Shown here: positions 10,909 through 20,833 of the stretch, piece after piece
Layout: every line of letters begins with the position of its first letter
Numbering within the stretch: the stretch's first letter is position 1
Assembly: GCF_900129355.1 (NCBI RefSeq)
Contig: NZ_FQVL01000001.1
Coordinates: 541,753-573,752, forward strand
Direction of reading: 5' to 3'
DNA length: 32,000 nucleotides
Source of the DNA: Seinonella peptonophila
GTDB lineage: Bacteria; Bacillota; Bacilli; Thermoactinomycetales; Thermoactinomycetaceae
Program-made: the position numbers and the translations under genes
The notes under the pieces: model-generated
Databases searched by the model: none
Seen by the model: only the letters and a program-made list of their open reading frames with translations
Told to the model about the DNA's origin: nothing

Positions 10909-12096
10909 CTACCGCATCATCACTGCTATGTTTCCAGCACTTACCATGATCGTAATTGCCAAAAAGAACATCAAACCAACGGCGGCTAAAGCCGCAAAGA
11001 CATAAACAAGTGTCCGCCCTATTATTCCAAGACTTTCGATAATGGGGCTATTTCCTAATGGCTGAAGAACAGCGGCAGAAAAATGATAAATCAACGCAAG
11101 TGACAGAATCTTCAGAGCTGGGAAGGCGCAAATCATCAAAAGAATGATAACACCAGCTAAACCTAGCGTATTTTTCACTAACAGCGATGCACCAAGTACA
11201 GTATCTGCTGCATCAGAAATGGTTCGACCGATAACTGGAATAAAGTTTCCTGTTACATATTTAGCGGTACGAATCGCAATCCCATCGGTAACAGCAGCAG
11301 TCGCACCTTGAATCGAAAGGACACCTAAAAAAATCGTTAATGAGCCTCCCAGTAAGGTAATACTGAACTTATTCATCAAGCGTGCCAATTGATCTACTCT
11401 ATATTTATCAGAAATGGTGCTTACAATGCTTAAAATCGTAGAGAAAAAGAAAAATGGTAAAATGACTAAGTAGATCAATAGACTGACAATATGAATCATG
11501 AAGATGATGAAAGGATGAAATAATGCGACTGATGCCAAGTTGCCCATTGAAGCTAATAGTGTTAGTAATAGTGGCACAGAAGCAACCATAAAATCGACCA
11601 TTTGTCCGATTGCTGCCTTCGCTGCGGTGACTGCACTCGAAAAACTTTGGATGGCTAAAATTAATATCACCATAAATACTACAGCATAAGCCACCCGACT
11701 TACTTGGTTTTGTTCAAATGCGGTCTGTAATGTCTGTAAAATCATGCTTAAAACTGTTAGGACAATAATCATCCCTAAAAGCTTGCCATTGTACAAGACT
11801 TCATGTAAAAAATACCGCAGCAAACCCTTTCCAAACTCCGCTAATGAAAATTCTTTACTGTTCATCGATTGTAAGAAGGTAAATATATCCTGGGGTAGTC
11901 CTGCCGAGAAAAACTGTTGGTATTCTTGATGAAAGCGATCCCAAAAATGTTTCATTTCCTGAGTTGGTAAATGATCAAACTGGGAACGGATAAGCGGATC
12001 AATCATTGATTTTCCATCAACTGCTTCGACTGATGCTGGAAATATCAAACTGATGATAAAGAGCAAACCTATTATTAGATTCTTCAAGCTGCTCAT
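10909..12096 (-). CDS. spoIIIAE: Stage III sporulation protein AE
   Basis: 395 aa polytopic protein; operon position; GDAADTVLGAS-type motif (ISDAADTVLGASLLVKN). Confidence 0.94.
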   Translation of the reverse strand: MSSLKNLIIGLLFIISLIFPASVEAVDGKSMIDPLIRSQFDHLPTQEMKHFWDRFHQEYQQFFSAGLPQDIFTFLQSMNSKEFSLAEFGKGLLRYFLHEVLYNGKLLGMIIVLTVLSMILQTLQTAFEQNQVSRVAYAVVFMVILILAIQSFSSAVTAAKAAIGQMVDFMVASVPLLLTLLASMGNLASVALFHPFIIFMIHIVSLLIYLVILPFFFFSTILSIVSTISDKYRVDQLARLMNKFSITLLGGSLTIFLGVLSIQGATAAVTDGIAIRTAKYVTGNFIPVIGRTISDAADTVLGASLLVKNTLGLAGVIILLMICAFPALKILSLALIYHFSAAVLQPLGNSPIIESLGIIGRTLVYVFAALAAVGLMFFLAITIMVSAGNIAVMMR

Positions 12097-12102
12097 CCTT
12101 TG

Positions 12103-12489
12103 TTACGGCAGAATATTAATAATGGTTTCGATGATTGTAATAATAATCGGGATCGCCATGACCATAATTAAAATCTTTCCAGCTAGTTCAATCTTTGCTG
12201 CAATTGTTCCTTGACCTGCATCTCTGGTAACTTGCGCCCCAAACTCAGCAATATAAGCAATACCAATAATCTTCAGGATGGTCTCTAGGAAAAATTGATT
12301 TACCTTTGCTTGATTCGCTAAGTGTGCTAGGACTTTCAGTATTTCAGTTATTTTACCAATCACTGTGAGAAAGATAACAATTCCGACAAAAGTGGCTAGT
12401 AAGAAAGCAAACATCGGTTTTTGCTCTTTGACTAAGAGGATCAGGATGGTGGCCACCACACCCAAACCAACCACCTGAATCATCTCCAA
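12103..12489 (-). CDS. spoIIIAD: Stage III sporulation protein AD
   Basis: 128 aa membrane protein; KITEILKVLAHLANQAKVNQFFLETILKIIGIAYIAEFGAQ. Confidence 0.94.
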   Translation of the reverse strand: MEMIQVVGLGVVATILILLVKEQKPMFAFLLATFVGIVIFLTVIGKITEILKVLAHLANQAKVNQFFLETILKIIGIAYIAEFGAQVTRDAGQGTIAAKIELAGKILIMVMAIPIIITIIETIINILP

Positions 12490-12501
12490 GTGATACTCCC
12501 C

Positions 12502-12708
12502 CTAAGAATGAAACAGAAAAACATTCTTAATTGTCTGGAATAAATCGCGAATGAGCATTGCAACCATGAAAAGTACAATGATAAAACCGATTAATGTGAC
12601 CCAATGGGCCCAATCTTCCTTACCCATTTGTTTTAAAATTGTGTGAATCATTGCGACAATGATCCCAATCCCAGCAATTTGAAATACTGCGTCTACATTG
12701 TAAGGCAT
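12502..12708 (-). CDS. spoIIIAC: Stage III sporulation protein AC
   Basis: 68 aa; two TM helices, FQIAGIGIIVAMIHTILKQMGKEDWAHWVTLIGFIIV. Confidence 0.94.
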   Translation of the reverse strand: MPYNVDAVFQIAGIGIIVAMIHTILKQMGKEDWAHWVTLIGFIIVLFMVAMLIRDLFQTIKNVFLFHS

Positions 12709-12720
12709 GGGCTCTCCTCC

Positions 12721-13239
12721 TCAATAAAGCAATATCACAACTAATACGCCGCCTAGAACGCCCATTGTTCGAAACATCTTTTCATATTGTTCTTGCTCTA
12801 ATCGAGCCTTCTCTTCTACAACTTGTAACTGCTCTTTTGCACGGTCTATATGTTGAATTTGATCCAATCGATCTGATCGACCTAATACAGAGCATAAATC
12901 AAGAAAAATCTCTTTCTCAGTCCCTTTCAAAGATGTCTGACCCCATACTTGACGAATCGCTTTATGAAAACAATGATAAGTTGTGTCGCCTTCGTTTTTT
13001 TGAAGCTCTTCATAACTAAATCGAAAGATATCCGCAATCTTGTCGATCTCCCGCACGGAAATTAGTTTACAAATTTCAAATAGCGGACGATTTCCATACT
13101 GAATCTCTGATCGTAATAGTGAGAATGCGGTTAGCAATTGGCGTATTTGCTTTGGTCTTTGTCGCACCTGCATGGCCAGGTGAAATCCAAGCCAAGTGCT
13201 AGTAAGGACTGTAATGAAAGAACCGACTAGTTTCAGCAT
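12721..13239 (-). CDS. spoIIIAB: Stage III sporulation protein AB
   Basis: 172 aa; RPKQIRQLLTAFSLLRSEIQYGNRPLFE...EKARLEQEQYEKMFRTMGVLGGVLVVILLY. Confidence 0.93.
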   Translation of the reverse strand: MLKLVGSFITVLTSTWLGFHLAMQVRQRPKQIRQLLTAFSLLRSEIQYGNRPLFEICKLISVREIDKIADIFRFSYEELQKNEGDTTYHCFHKAIRQVWGQTSLKGTEKEIFLDLCSVLGRSDRLDQIQHIDRAKEQLQVVEEKARLEQEQYEKMFRTMGVLGGVLVVILLY

Positions 13240-14234
13240 GATTGACTCACCATCGTTTGAACGTATTCAATCTTTTGTAGCTGATTGTCATAAATGGTCG
13301 AGATGGTTCCAGGTCCTTTGGAACGATCCAAAAAGATATAGTAAGAGAATATCCTCTCTGCTATTAAAGAGCGTAATATAGGTCGTTTTGTTACATCAGT
13401 AATTCTTGAGCCATGGAGTGTTGCAATGAGACGAACGCCTGTGTATACAGCCTCTTGAATTGCCCGTCCATCTTCTTCACGACCCAATTCATCGACAATT
13501 AATAGATCAGGTGACATGGAACGAATCATCATCATCATTCCCTCAGCTTTTGGGCAAGCATCTAACACATCAGTTCTTAATCCTACATCAAATTGAGGAA
13601 CGCCATGAAGACATCCTGCAATCTCCGAACGTTCATCAATAATGGCTACTTTATGATGGTTGCCCACTATTCTTGCTAAATCGCGAATACAAGTTGTTTT
13701 CCCGCATTGAGGCGGAGCTACTATCATAATATTCTGCAATCCATCTTTATTATAGATGTAAGGAATGAAATGCTGCCCAGCTCCCTTTACTTCACGAGCG
13801 ACTCGAATGTTAAAATGCGTAATATCTCGTAAATGGGTTACCTTGCCATCTTGCAAAATGGCTTTCCCAGTAATCCCTACTCGATGACCTCCTGAAATGG
13901 TGATATATCCCTTCTGCAATTCTTCTTCAAGAGTATAGAGAGAATGTTGGCTTACTAAATTTAGAAATCGCTGACATATTTCCGGTGTCGCAATCATGGC
14001 ATCGATAGGTGATTGGGAGAGTATTCGTTGATCTTGCTTGATATAAAAGACACCATCTGTGAAGATCAGTTCAATCGGTCGAAGCTGACGGAGCCGCACT
14101 TCTTCTAATTGTTGCTGTTTTCCTTTTTCGAGGGATAAAATCACATGTCGGACAACTTCTGGAAAAATCGCAACTAACTGTTGATTGATGATTACACCCC
14201 CTGTCCACCTTTTACCTCCAATCTTATGGAGCAT
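13233..14234 (-). CDS. spoIIIAA: Stage III sporulation protein AA (ATPase); exact start codon uncertain
   Basis: Walker A APPQCGKTTCIRDLAR; Walker B LLIVDELGREEDGRAIQEAVYTG. Confidence 0.95.
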   Translation of the reverse strand: MLHKIGGKRWTGGVIINQQLVAIFPEVVRHVILSLEKGKQQQLEEVRLRQLRPIELIFTDGVFYIKQDQRILSQSPIDAMIATPEICQRFLNLVSQHSLYTLEEELQKGYITISGGHRVGITGKAILQDGKVTHLRDITHFNIRVAREVKGAGQHFIPYIYNKDGLQNIMIVAPPQCGKTTCIRDLARIVGNHHKVAIIDERSEIAGCLHGVPQFDVGLRTDVLDACPKAEGMMMMIRSMSPDLLIVDELGREEDGRAIQEAVYTGVRLIATLHGSRITDVTKRPILRSLIAERIFSYYIFLDRSKGPGTISTIYDNQLQKIEYVQTMVSQSC

Positions 14235-14283
14235 GTGATTCCTTTATTCCATTAATTGTGATAATTATTCCCATTTTGTGCAT

Positions 14284-14313
14284 TTGCTTCAATTCTCAAT
14301 TCAGTAGTATAAT
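14284..14313 (+). promoter_or_regulatory. Sigma-A-like promoter (-35 TTGCTT, 18-nt spacer, -10 TATAAT)
   Basis: TTGCTT at 14284-14289 and TATAAT at 14308-14313, upstream of the plus-strand ORFs. Confidence 0.6.
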
Positions 14314-14325
14314 AAATTCAAACCA

Positions 14326-14475
14326 ATGTCCATTTCTGCCCGTACACAACAGCGTCATTGGACGATGGTAACCAATGTTCGTCTACCGGGTAGAGCCAAG
14401 CATACACGCTTGATGCTACCAGAATTGGAGGTCTTTGACCGAATCTTAGGGCATTTTAACGATCAATTCATTTAG
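14326..14475 (+). CDS. Possible short ORF, 49 aa (MSISARTQQRHWTMVTNVRLPGRAKHTRLMLPELEVFDRILGHFNDQFI)
   Basis: Uninterrupted ATG-TAG frame starting about 6 nt after the predicted transcription start; no clear SD. It may instead be a structured leader RNA. Confidence 0.3.
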   Translation: MSISARTQQRHWTMVTNVRLPGRAKHTRLMLPELEVFDRILGHFNDQFI

Positions 14476-14501
14476 TCAATCAGTTTCAACGATGGGAAAA
14501 C

Positions 14502-15017
14502 ATGTCATCCTCTTACTACGACTTCTCGGAGAATCCGGGATCCCAACAACAGGGTCGTCTGATGCCCTCGCCCATCCGTGAGTGGGCGGGTCGCATCTGG
14601 AAGAGCCTTCAACCGCTCGCCAACAGGCAGATGACGCTGGAGGAGTTCACTCTGGTCACCCGTCAACTCTACCCGTTTCCTTGCGGGCACGAGCTGACGG
14701 AGGCAAAAAAGCAGAGCATCTCCGGTGAACTCAAGAAGGAGCCGCTGCGGGAGTTCTACCAGGGACAGGAGTGGATCGAGTTCGACCCCAACTGGAAGCA
14801 GGTCTCCCCGAGCCCGCTCACCTATGAAGTGGGTGAGCTGCGATTCGGCTGGAAGTGCTGCCAGGAGGTGAATCTGAAGGTCGTCATCCACCTCTCCCAG
14901 AAGAAGCTGACGATGAAGGTCACCTCCGAGGTCGACGGGGAAGAGCCGTACCTCCCCCAGATCTACGAGGTCACCAAGGAGGAGAAGGGAAACATCTCCT
15001 TCGATCTGACGAACTGA
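14502..15017 (+). CDS. Hypothetical protein of unknown function, 171 aa, strongly GC-biased codons
   Basis: Open frame with very high GC3 (runs such as CTG ACG GAG GCA, GAG TTC, AAG AAG GAG CCG CTG CGG GAG TTC TAC) followed immediately by a strong terminator hairpin. I recognise no family. Confidence 0.75.
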   Translation: MSSSYYDFSENPGSQQQGRLMPSPIREWAGRIWKSLQPLANRQMTLEEFTLVTRQLYPFPCGHELTEAKKQSISGELKKEPLREFYQGQEWIEFDPNWKQVSPSPLTYEVGELRFGWKCCQEVNLKVVIHLSQKKLTMKVTSEVDGEEPYLPQIYEVTKEEKGNISFDLTN

Positions 15018-15037
15018 TCAACTGATCGCCGCCCATC

Positions 15038-15080
15038 CGACCGCCCCCCGGAGCAGCTGCTCCGGGGGGCGGTCGTCTTT
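15038..15080 (+). terminator. Rho-independent terminator built on a 38-nt perfect palindrome
   Basis: CGACCGCCCCCCGGAGCAG|CTGCTCCGGGGGGCGGTCG followed by TCTTT. Confidence 0.85.
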
Positions 15081-15444
15081 ATGATTCGCTATCTTTTTTG
15101 TCCTCCTCTGGAAAAAGCTCATGATGACAATTGGGACAGAGGAGCGCAAGATCATCATCCTCTAAGTCATCCTCATCAACCAATACCTCTTCTCCACAAT
15201 TTGGACATGTAATTGAATATTGATCATCATAAATCTCTAATTCAAGTTCGTTTAAATCTTCATCGATTGCCTCTGTATACTCTTCTAGTTCAGTTTGTCG
15301 CAATTGTAAGTGTTCCTGTTCCTTGACAAGTTCCTCCTGTAAATCAAGCAAACGTTTTAATATGAGGTATTCATGGCTTTCCTTATTCTTACATCCTGCT
15401 AACATCCCTTGAAGATAGGCAACCTCTCGCTGTAAATGTTGCAA
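15079..15444 (-). CDS. Coiled-coil plus zinc-ribbon protein (CD1247 N-terminal domain type)
   Basis: MQHLQREVAYLQGMLAG... coiled coil; C-terminal CPNCGEEV...DEDDLEDDDLALLCPNCHHELF zinc ribbon. Confidence 0.8.
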   Translation of the reverse strand: MQHLQREVAYLQGMLAGCKNKESHEYLILKRLLDLQEELVKEQEHLQLRQTELEEYTEAIDEDLNELELEIYDDQYSITCPNCGEEVLVDEDDLEDDDLALLCPNCHHELFPEEDKKDSES

Positions 15445-15621
15445 ATGAGACCACTCCTTTGCACTTCATCGATATTAGGAATAGTGTCACCGCTTATTCC
15501 AGAAACAGTCGAAACAATTATTGGCAAATTGATTTTAAGAGAATTTGATGGTCGTTATTTTATTTGCATTGGATGAAAAAATGGGGAAATGGGGCAAGCT
15601 ATGGCAAAAGGAGGAAGCTTT

Positions 15622-16890
15622 ATGGAGCAAAGCGTTAAACAATCAACTGGATCACCAAAACCGGTCACTCTGTGGATTTTAAGTATGATTCCTATCTTAA
15701 TGGTATTGGGCAATTCTATGATTATCCCAGTACTTCCTACTATTCGTTCGATTTATCATGTTAGTTCTTTTCAAGTAAGCCTATTAATCACGCTTTTTTC
15801 AATTCCCGCTGCATTCATTATTCCCATTGCTGGAATTCTTTCAGATCGAATTGGCAGAAAAAAAGTGATCATTGTTAGTCTGATCATTTACGGTATAGGA
15901 GGGTTATTCTCGGCTGGTGTTGCGATCTGGAGTAAAGATTCCTTTATGCTTTTGCTGCTTTCAAGAATTATACAAGGGATTGGAGCAGCAGGAACAGCAC
16001 CCGTTGCAATGGTTTTAGCAAGTGATCTCTACAAAGAGGAAGAAAGAGGGAAAGCGCTTGGAATCATAGAAGCTGCCAATGCAGCAGGTAAAGTGCTCAG
16101 CCCCATTGTTGGTGCTCTCTTAGCCACATTGATCTGGTATGCCATGTTCTTTGCTTTTCCCATTTTAACGATCCCTTTGGTTTTTCTCCTGATCAAATAT
16201 GTAACAGATGCACCGCTAAAAAATGTTCCAAAGCTAGCCCAATATCGGAAATCGATTCAGAAAATTTTTTATCGACAGGGACGCTGGCTTTACGTTGTCT
16301 TCTTTGTCGGACTCGTCACGATGTTTACCATGTTTGGTGTACTCTTCTACTTTTCTGAATACCTAGAACAAAAATTTAAGTTAGCTGGAATGATGAAGGG
16401 ATTTATTTTAGCCATTCCATTACTTGGATTAGGATTTACAGCTTATTGGACAGGGTCACATATAAAAGAACGAACTCGAAAAATGAAACATATAATTTGG
16501 ATTGGGCTTCTTCTATTGACAATCTGTACGACTCTACTAATCTGGATTCATCAGTTTTATTTATTACTTGCTATTTTATTAGGTATTGGGATTAGTAGTG
16601 GACTTATTATGCCTTGTCTGAATACGTTGATCACTTCTTCTATTGGGATGAAAGAACGCGGTTTAATCACTTCTTTTTATAGTAGTGTCCGTTTTCTTGG
16701 TGTTGCTCTAGGACCTCCTATCTTTGGTGCATTGACAAAACATCCTTACTTGCTTTTTCTAGGTACAGCTTCTGCACAAGTGATCGCAATCCTGCTCGTT
16801 CTATTTCGTTTACGGCAACCTCAAAGATTACGGGGAAAAGGAGAACGATCTCGTCTTTATCTCCATAAAAATCATTTTCAGTCAACTTAA
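15622..16890 (+). CDS. MFS transporter (multidrug/sugar efflux type; track start 15589, likely start 15622)
   Basis: 12-TM-like protein; [24 protein letters not shown] motif; AAAGGAGG RBS before ATG GAG CAA AGC at 15622. Confidence 0.92.
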   Translation: MEQSVKQSTGSPKPVTLWILSMIPILMVLGNSMIIPVLPTIRSIYHVSSFQVSLLITLFSIPAAFIIPIAGILSDRIGRKKVIIVSLIIYGIGGLFSAGVAIWSKDSFMLLLLSRIIQGIGAAGTAPVAMVLASDLYKEEERGKALGIIEAANAAGKVLSPIVGALLATLIWYAMFFAFPILTIPLVFLLIKYVTDAPLKNVPKLAQYRKSIQKIFYRQGRWLYVVFFVGLVTMFTMFGVLFYFSEYLEQKFKLAGMMKGFILAIPLLGLGFTAYWTGSHIKERTRKMKHIIWIGLLLLTICTTLLIWIHQFYLLLAILLGIGISSGLIMPCLNTLITSSIGMKERGLITSFYSSVRFLGVALGPPIFGALTKHPYLLFLGTASAQVIAILLVLFRLRQPQRLRGKGERSRLYLHKNHFQST

Positions 16891-16955
16891 TATTACTAAA
16901 CTTGTCCGCGCTCGCATACTCCTATATGGAACGAGGAGAATTGGAGGAAATAGAG

Positions 16956-17411
16956 ATGCGCGGAGAGCTTCTATTAGTCATTTTAATTATAATAGGTCTC
17001 GTGGGTCGATCACCCTTGATCGCTACTGCTGCGAGTCTCTTACTCATTCTTAAACTCGTTCATCTGGAACATTATTTTCCATCTGTCGAACGACGTGGTC
17101 TAGAGTTAGGCCTACTTTTTTTAACATTAGCTGTCCTCGTTCCCTTCGCTACAGGGCGTATTACATGGAATGAAATCTATACTGTCTTTACTTCAATACC
17201 TGGAATTCTGGCCCTCTTAGGTGGTGCAATCGCTACATATATGAACGGCAAAGGGCTTGACCTATTAAAAATCGATCCACAGTTAACCGTAGGAATGGTT
17301 CTGGGATCGATCTTTGGCATCCTTTTTTTGCGCGGGATTCCAGTTGGGCCATTGATGGCGGCTGGATTAACCGCACTATTTCTAAAACTAGCCTATTACC
17401 TTTTCGAATAA
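16956..17411 (+). CDS. DUF441 family membrane protein (track start 16902, likely start 16956)
   Basis: [33 protein letters not shown]...[13 protein letters not shown]; GGAGG 8 nt before ATG 16956. Confidence 0.85.
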   Translation: MRGELLLVILIIIGLVGRSPLIATAASLLLILKLVHLEHYFPSVERRGLELGLLFLTLAVLVPFATGRITWNEIYTVFTSIPGILALLGGAIATYMNGKGLDLLKIDPQLTVGMVLGSIFGILFLRGIPVGPLMAAGLTALFLKLAYYLFE

Positions 17412-17423
17412 AACAGAAACGAT

Positions 17424-18566
17424 TTATTGTTCAGGATTTGCTTGTTGACGACTGCGAGTCATCTGTTGCCAAACAGTTCCACTCGCTGCCTCACCTTTTT
17501 CAATCCGTTCCAATGCGATTTGAGTCTGCATCCTGACCTCAAATTCGGGGTCTTCTAAAGCCTTTTGTAATGCTGGAATCGCTCGTTCATCCCCCACTTC
17601 AAATAAGAATCGTGCTGCTCGCCAACGAACCAATTTATTACGATCAGACAAGGCATCAGACATAGCAGGAACAGCTTTTGGCGAACCTAAGTCTGAAAGG
17701 CAATCTCCTGCCGTTCTTCTCACCATTGGTGATGAATCGGTTAATGCTTGACAAAGCAATGGAAGAGCAATCTCATCCTCAAAATAGCCTAAAATCACAA
17801 CAGCTTGGCGACGAATTGACATCTTCTGATCCTTTAATGCTCGTTCTAAGACGGGCATTGATGCAGGCTCTGGTTCTAATTGATCAAGAGCGCGATATCG
17901 AGTCTCCCAATCAGGCGCATCCATCGCTGCTTTGATTTGATCCAGAGTCATTTTAGGTTCTGGTTCTACATTCTGCTGTGCTGATCGTATAATTAATTGT
18001 TGTAGCCGTGTATCATTATATGTAGCTTCCAATTCAGCGACTACTTGCTCACCAACTTGTTCTAAATCGCCATAACGAGGTCGTTGTACTACCCATTTTC
18101 GTTCAAAAATATGATTCGATACATTCTTTTGCACTTCCAGCACAGCTTCTGTAAATCGATTTGATAATCCAAATCGGCGTTCCTCATCACTTCGGCGTAA
18201 TTTCACTTGTAAAGGAATTCCCTTTAACTGTTGTACCTCAACCGTGATTTCAAGATATGATGGATCTATTTCAGTTTCCTTTGCATCGGTTTCAGTCGAA
18301 CGGTGTTCTACATCACCTAATGCGTTTCTTGCTGCACTCAGTATCTGTTGCCAATCTGCCTTTGGATGACGTTCCAATGATATAAAATCAAGCACTTGAA
18401 ACACACCTGTAACTCCATCAATCTCTAATAAACGCCGTAAGTAATCGGGAGCACCATCTTTCTCCTGCTTCTGGAACTGAAGATTTTTCCCTTCAGGTAG
18501 GGATTGATCAAGGTTTAGCTTCATTGCATTTGGACTTGGCGTTGGTTCAATGGATAGAATCTTCAA
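17424..18566 (-). CDS. CvfC/YpgR-like protein: N-terminal Nfu-like domain plus HEAT repeats
   Basis: N-terminus IEPTPSPNAMKLNLDQSLPEG (Nfu N-terminal motif) and C-terminal repeats VLERALKDQKMSIRRQAVVILGYFEDE / LCQALTDSSPMVRRTAGDCLSDLG / ALSDRNKLVRWRAARFLFEVGD. Confidence 0.82.
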   Translation of the reverse strand: MKILSIEPTPSPNAMKLNLDQSLPEGKNLQFQKQEKDGAPDYLRRLLEIDGVTGVFQVLDFISLERHPKADWQQILSAARNALGDVEHRSTETDAKETEIDPSYLEITVEVQQLKGIPLQVKLRRSDEERRFGLSNRFTEAVLEVQKNVSNHIFERKWVVQRPRYGDLEQVGEQVVAELEATYNDTRLQQLIIRSAQQNVEPEPKMTLDQIKAAMDAPDWETRYRALDQLEPEPASMPVLERALKDQKMSIRRQAVVILGYFEDEIALPLLCQALTDSSPMVRRTAGDCLSDLGSPKAVPAMSDALSDRNKLVRWRAARFLFEVGDERAIPALQKALEDPEFEVRMQTQIALERIEKGEAASGTVWQQMTRSRQQANPEQ

Positions 18567-18598
18567 TTCCCCACACCTCCCATAAAAATCAGTCGATA

Positions 18599-19156
18599 TT
18601 ATGCCCTTGAAATATAGTCACCACTTCTAGTATCGATGATTAAACGATCTCCTATATTGATAAAAAGTGGAACCTGAACTACATAACCTGTTGATAGCGT
18701 TGCCGGCTTACTACCTCCTGTTGCCGTATCACCACGAATCCCAGGGTCAGTTTCAACCACTTCAAGTTCTACAGAATTGGGTAACTGAACCCCTAAAATT
18801 TCATTTTTAAAGATGACAAGACTTACATTCATATTTTCTTGTAAAAAATTAAGTTCATATTCAAGTTGTTCACGAGACAGTGTAGTCTGCTCATATGTTT
18901 CATTATCCATAAAAGTATATTCGCCGCCACTTTCATAAAGATACTGCATTTGTCTTGTTTCAACTAGTGCTTTTGGCACTTTTTCCCCTGCACGAAAAGT
19001 ACGTTCAGCGATATTACCATTACGGAGATTCCGTAACTTTGAACGTACAAATGCAGCTCCTTTACCAGGCTTTACGTGCTGGAACTCGATTACTTGCCAG
19101 ACATCTCCATTTAGTTCAATTGTTAATCCTGTTCGAAAGTCGTTTACGCTGATCAT
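18599..19156 (-). CDS. efp: Elongation factor P (track start 19177; [10 protein letters not shown] start at 19156)
   Basis: [43 protein letters not shown]...[13 protein letters not shown]-type C-terminus. Confidence 0.97.
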   Translation of the reverse strand: MISVNDFRTGLTIELNGDVWQVIEFQHVKPGKGAAFVRSKLRNLRNGNIAERTFRAGEKVPKALVETRQMQYLYESGGEYTFMDNETYEQTTLSREQLEYELNFLQENMNVSLVIFKNEILGVQLPNSVELEVVETDPGIRGDTATGGSKPATLSTGYVVQVPLFINIGDRLIIDTRSGDYISRA

Positions 19157-19173
19157 CTTTATTCCTCCATCAA

Positions 19174-20250
19174 TCAAATCGCAATAAATTCTTTTGTTGC
19201 TTTTGTTAATCGAATGGCACCTGACTCTGTTATCAGTACATCGTCTTCAATTCGTACGCCAAATTCATTTGGAAGGTAAATACCTGGCTCTACAGTTACC
19301 ACCATACCGGGTCTTAGTACTTCCTCACTCGTTAATCGCAAAGAAGGCGCTTCATGAATCTCTAAACCGATCCCATGTCCTGTTCCATGACGAAAGAAGT
19401 CACCATAACCATAACTCTCTATCACATCACGCGCAATCTGATCTACTTCTTTCCCAGTCATTCCAGGGCGCATTGTCTCTAAAGTCTTCTCTTGTGCCTC
19501 TAATACAATACCATAAATTTCACTATGCTTCTCATCTGGCTTACCTAAGAAAAATGTTCGTGTCAAATCAGAAACATAGCCATCTACAAAACAACCGAAA
19601 TCAAAAGTAATCATTTCGTTATGATGAATGATTTTCTCACTTGCAATGCCATGTGGAAGTGAAGAACGATGTCCAGAGGCAACAATTGTAGCAAACGAAG
19701 GGCCTGACGCTCCCATCTTCCTCATTAAAAATTCAATGCGTGCTGCAATTTCCTGTTCAGTATTTCCCGGACGAATCTCTTCTAACATTTGTTCATATAC
19801 CTGATCTACAATCCTCATCGCCCGTTGATGTGCTTGTAATTCTTGATCATCTTTTATCAACCGAAGTTCCTCAACAAAGCCCTTGATTGGAACAAGTTGC
19901 GTTTCATGGCATAGGTGTAACAAGATACGATACTCAGCATATGTTAAATGCTCTTCCTCAAAAGATAATATTTGAACCGACTCCTGCTGGCATAGCGCCG
20001 CTACACGCTCAAATTCATTCCCGTCGTGCATTTCAACTTGAAAATCAGGTGATTGTTGACGCGCTTGCGTCATATACCTTCCGTCAGTGACTAAGAATGC
20101 TTTGCTTAGAGTAATGAGTAAGATTCCAGCCGTGCCTGTAAATCTACTTAGATATGTTCGATTTGGTATACTCGTAATCAAAATACCTTCAATCTGTCTT
20201 TCCCTCATCTGAGTTCTTAAAGTTTCTAAGCGCTTTTCCAATCCTTTCAC
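19174..20250 (-). CDS. yqhT: Xaa-Pro aminopeptidase/dipeptidase (M24 family, YqhT)
   Basis: [49 protein letters not shown] and [11 protein letters not shown] metal-binding motifs. Confidence 0.95.
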   Translation of the reverse strand: MKGLEKRLETLRTQMRERQIEGILITSIPNRTYLSRFTGTAGILLITLSKAFLVTDGRYMTQARQQSPDFQVEMHDGNEFERVAALCQQESVQILSFEEEHLTYAEYRILLHLCHETQLVPIKGFVEELRLIKDDQELQAHQRAMRIVDQVYEQMLEEIRPGNTEQEIAARIEFLMRKMGASGPSFATIVASGHRSSLPHGIASEKIIHHNEMITFDFGCFVDGYVSDLTRTFFLGKPDEKHSEIYGIVLEAQEKTLETMRPGMTGKEVDQIARDVIESYGYGDFFRHGTGHGIGLEIHEAPSLRLTSEEVLRPGMVVTVEPGIYLPNEFGVRIEDDVLITESGAIRLTKATKEFIAI

Positions 20251-20702
20251 ATCCTCTCAATCTCCTCTAAAGCAAATAGCTGCTGAAAAGCTAGTAAGGC
20301 TAATTCATAACTAGCACTTCCAAACCCACTAATCTGACCTTTGGCAACACCAGCTATCACTGAATGATGACGAAACGAGTCCCGTGCATGGATGTTCGAT
20401 AAATGAACCTCAATCACTGGGACTGTAATAGATGCAACTGCATCACGCAGTGCATAGCTATAGTGGGTATATGCACCTGGATTTAAGATAATCGCATCAT
20501 AATGTGTATCCGCTTCATGAATAGCATCGATTAACTTTCCTTCATGATTTGATTGAAAAGCATCAAGCTCCCACCCCAATGTAGTAGCCTTCTCTTGTAA
20601 TTGCTGATTAATCTGTTCAAGTGTTAAATGCCCGTATATATCTGGTTCTCGGTTTCCTAAACGATTGAGATTTGGACCATGTATTACATAAATTTTTTTC
20701 AT
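20247..20702 (-). CDS. aroQ: Type II 3-dehydroquinate dehydratase
   Basis: IHGPNLNRLGNREPDIYG, NPGAYTHYSYALRDA and EVHLSNIHARDSFRHHS. Confidence 0.96.
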   Translation of the reverse strand: MKKIYVIHGPNLNRLGNREPDIYGHLTLEQINQQLQEKATTLGWELDAFQSNHEGKLIDAIHEADTHYDAIILNPGAYTHYSYALRDAVASITVPVIEVHLSNIHARDSFRHHSVIAGVAKGQISGFGSASYELALLAFQQLFALEEIERM

Positions 20703-20833
20703 GATGGATAAACCCCTCTCAGTACATACGTTACATTATATCATTGATTTGTTTTTACCATTCAATGTCTACATGAACATCAAAGATATCGTTTCATGTG
20801 TGACTTTGCTATACTAGGTATGAAAGAATAAAG

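Noticed and set aside
1042-14234. Other short antisense ORFs in the track (e.g. 1042-1257, 2249-2554, 4346-4612, 7941-8261, 9964-10209, 11744-11929, 13460-13642)
   Set aside because: They lie opposite well-identified housekeeping or sporulation genes and read as shadow frames.
14320-14475. T-box, SRP RNA, 6S or known riboswitch in the leader of the high-GC gene
   Set aside because: None of the conserved cores (e.g. the T-box AGGGTGGNACCGCG or the SRP GNAR/GGAA loops) is present by eye.
14505-14891. 128-aa minus-strand ORF antisense to the high-GC gene
   Set aside because: Long antisense frames arise routinely opposite high-GC3 genes. The terminator and promoter both support the plus strand.
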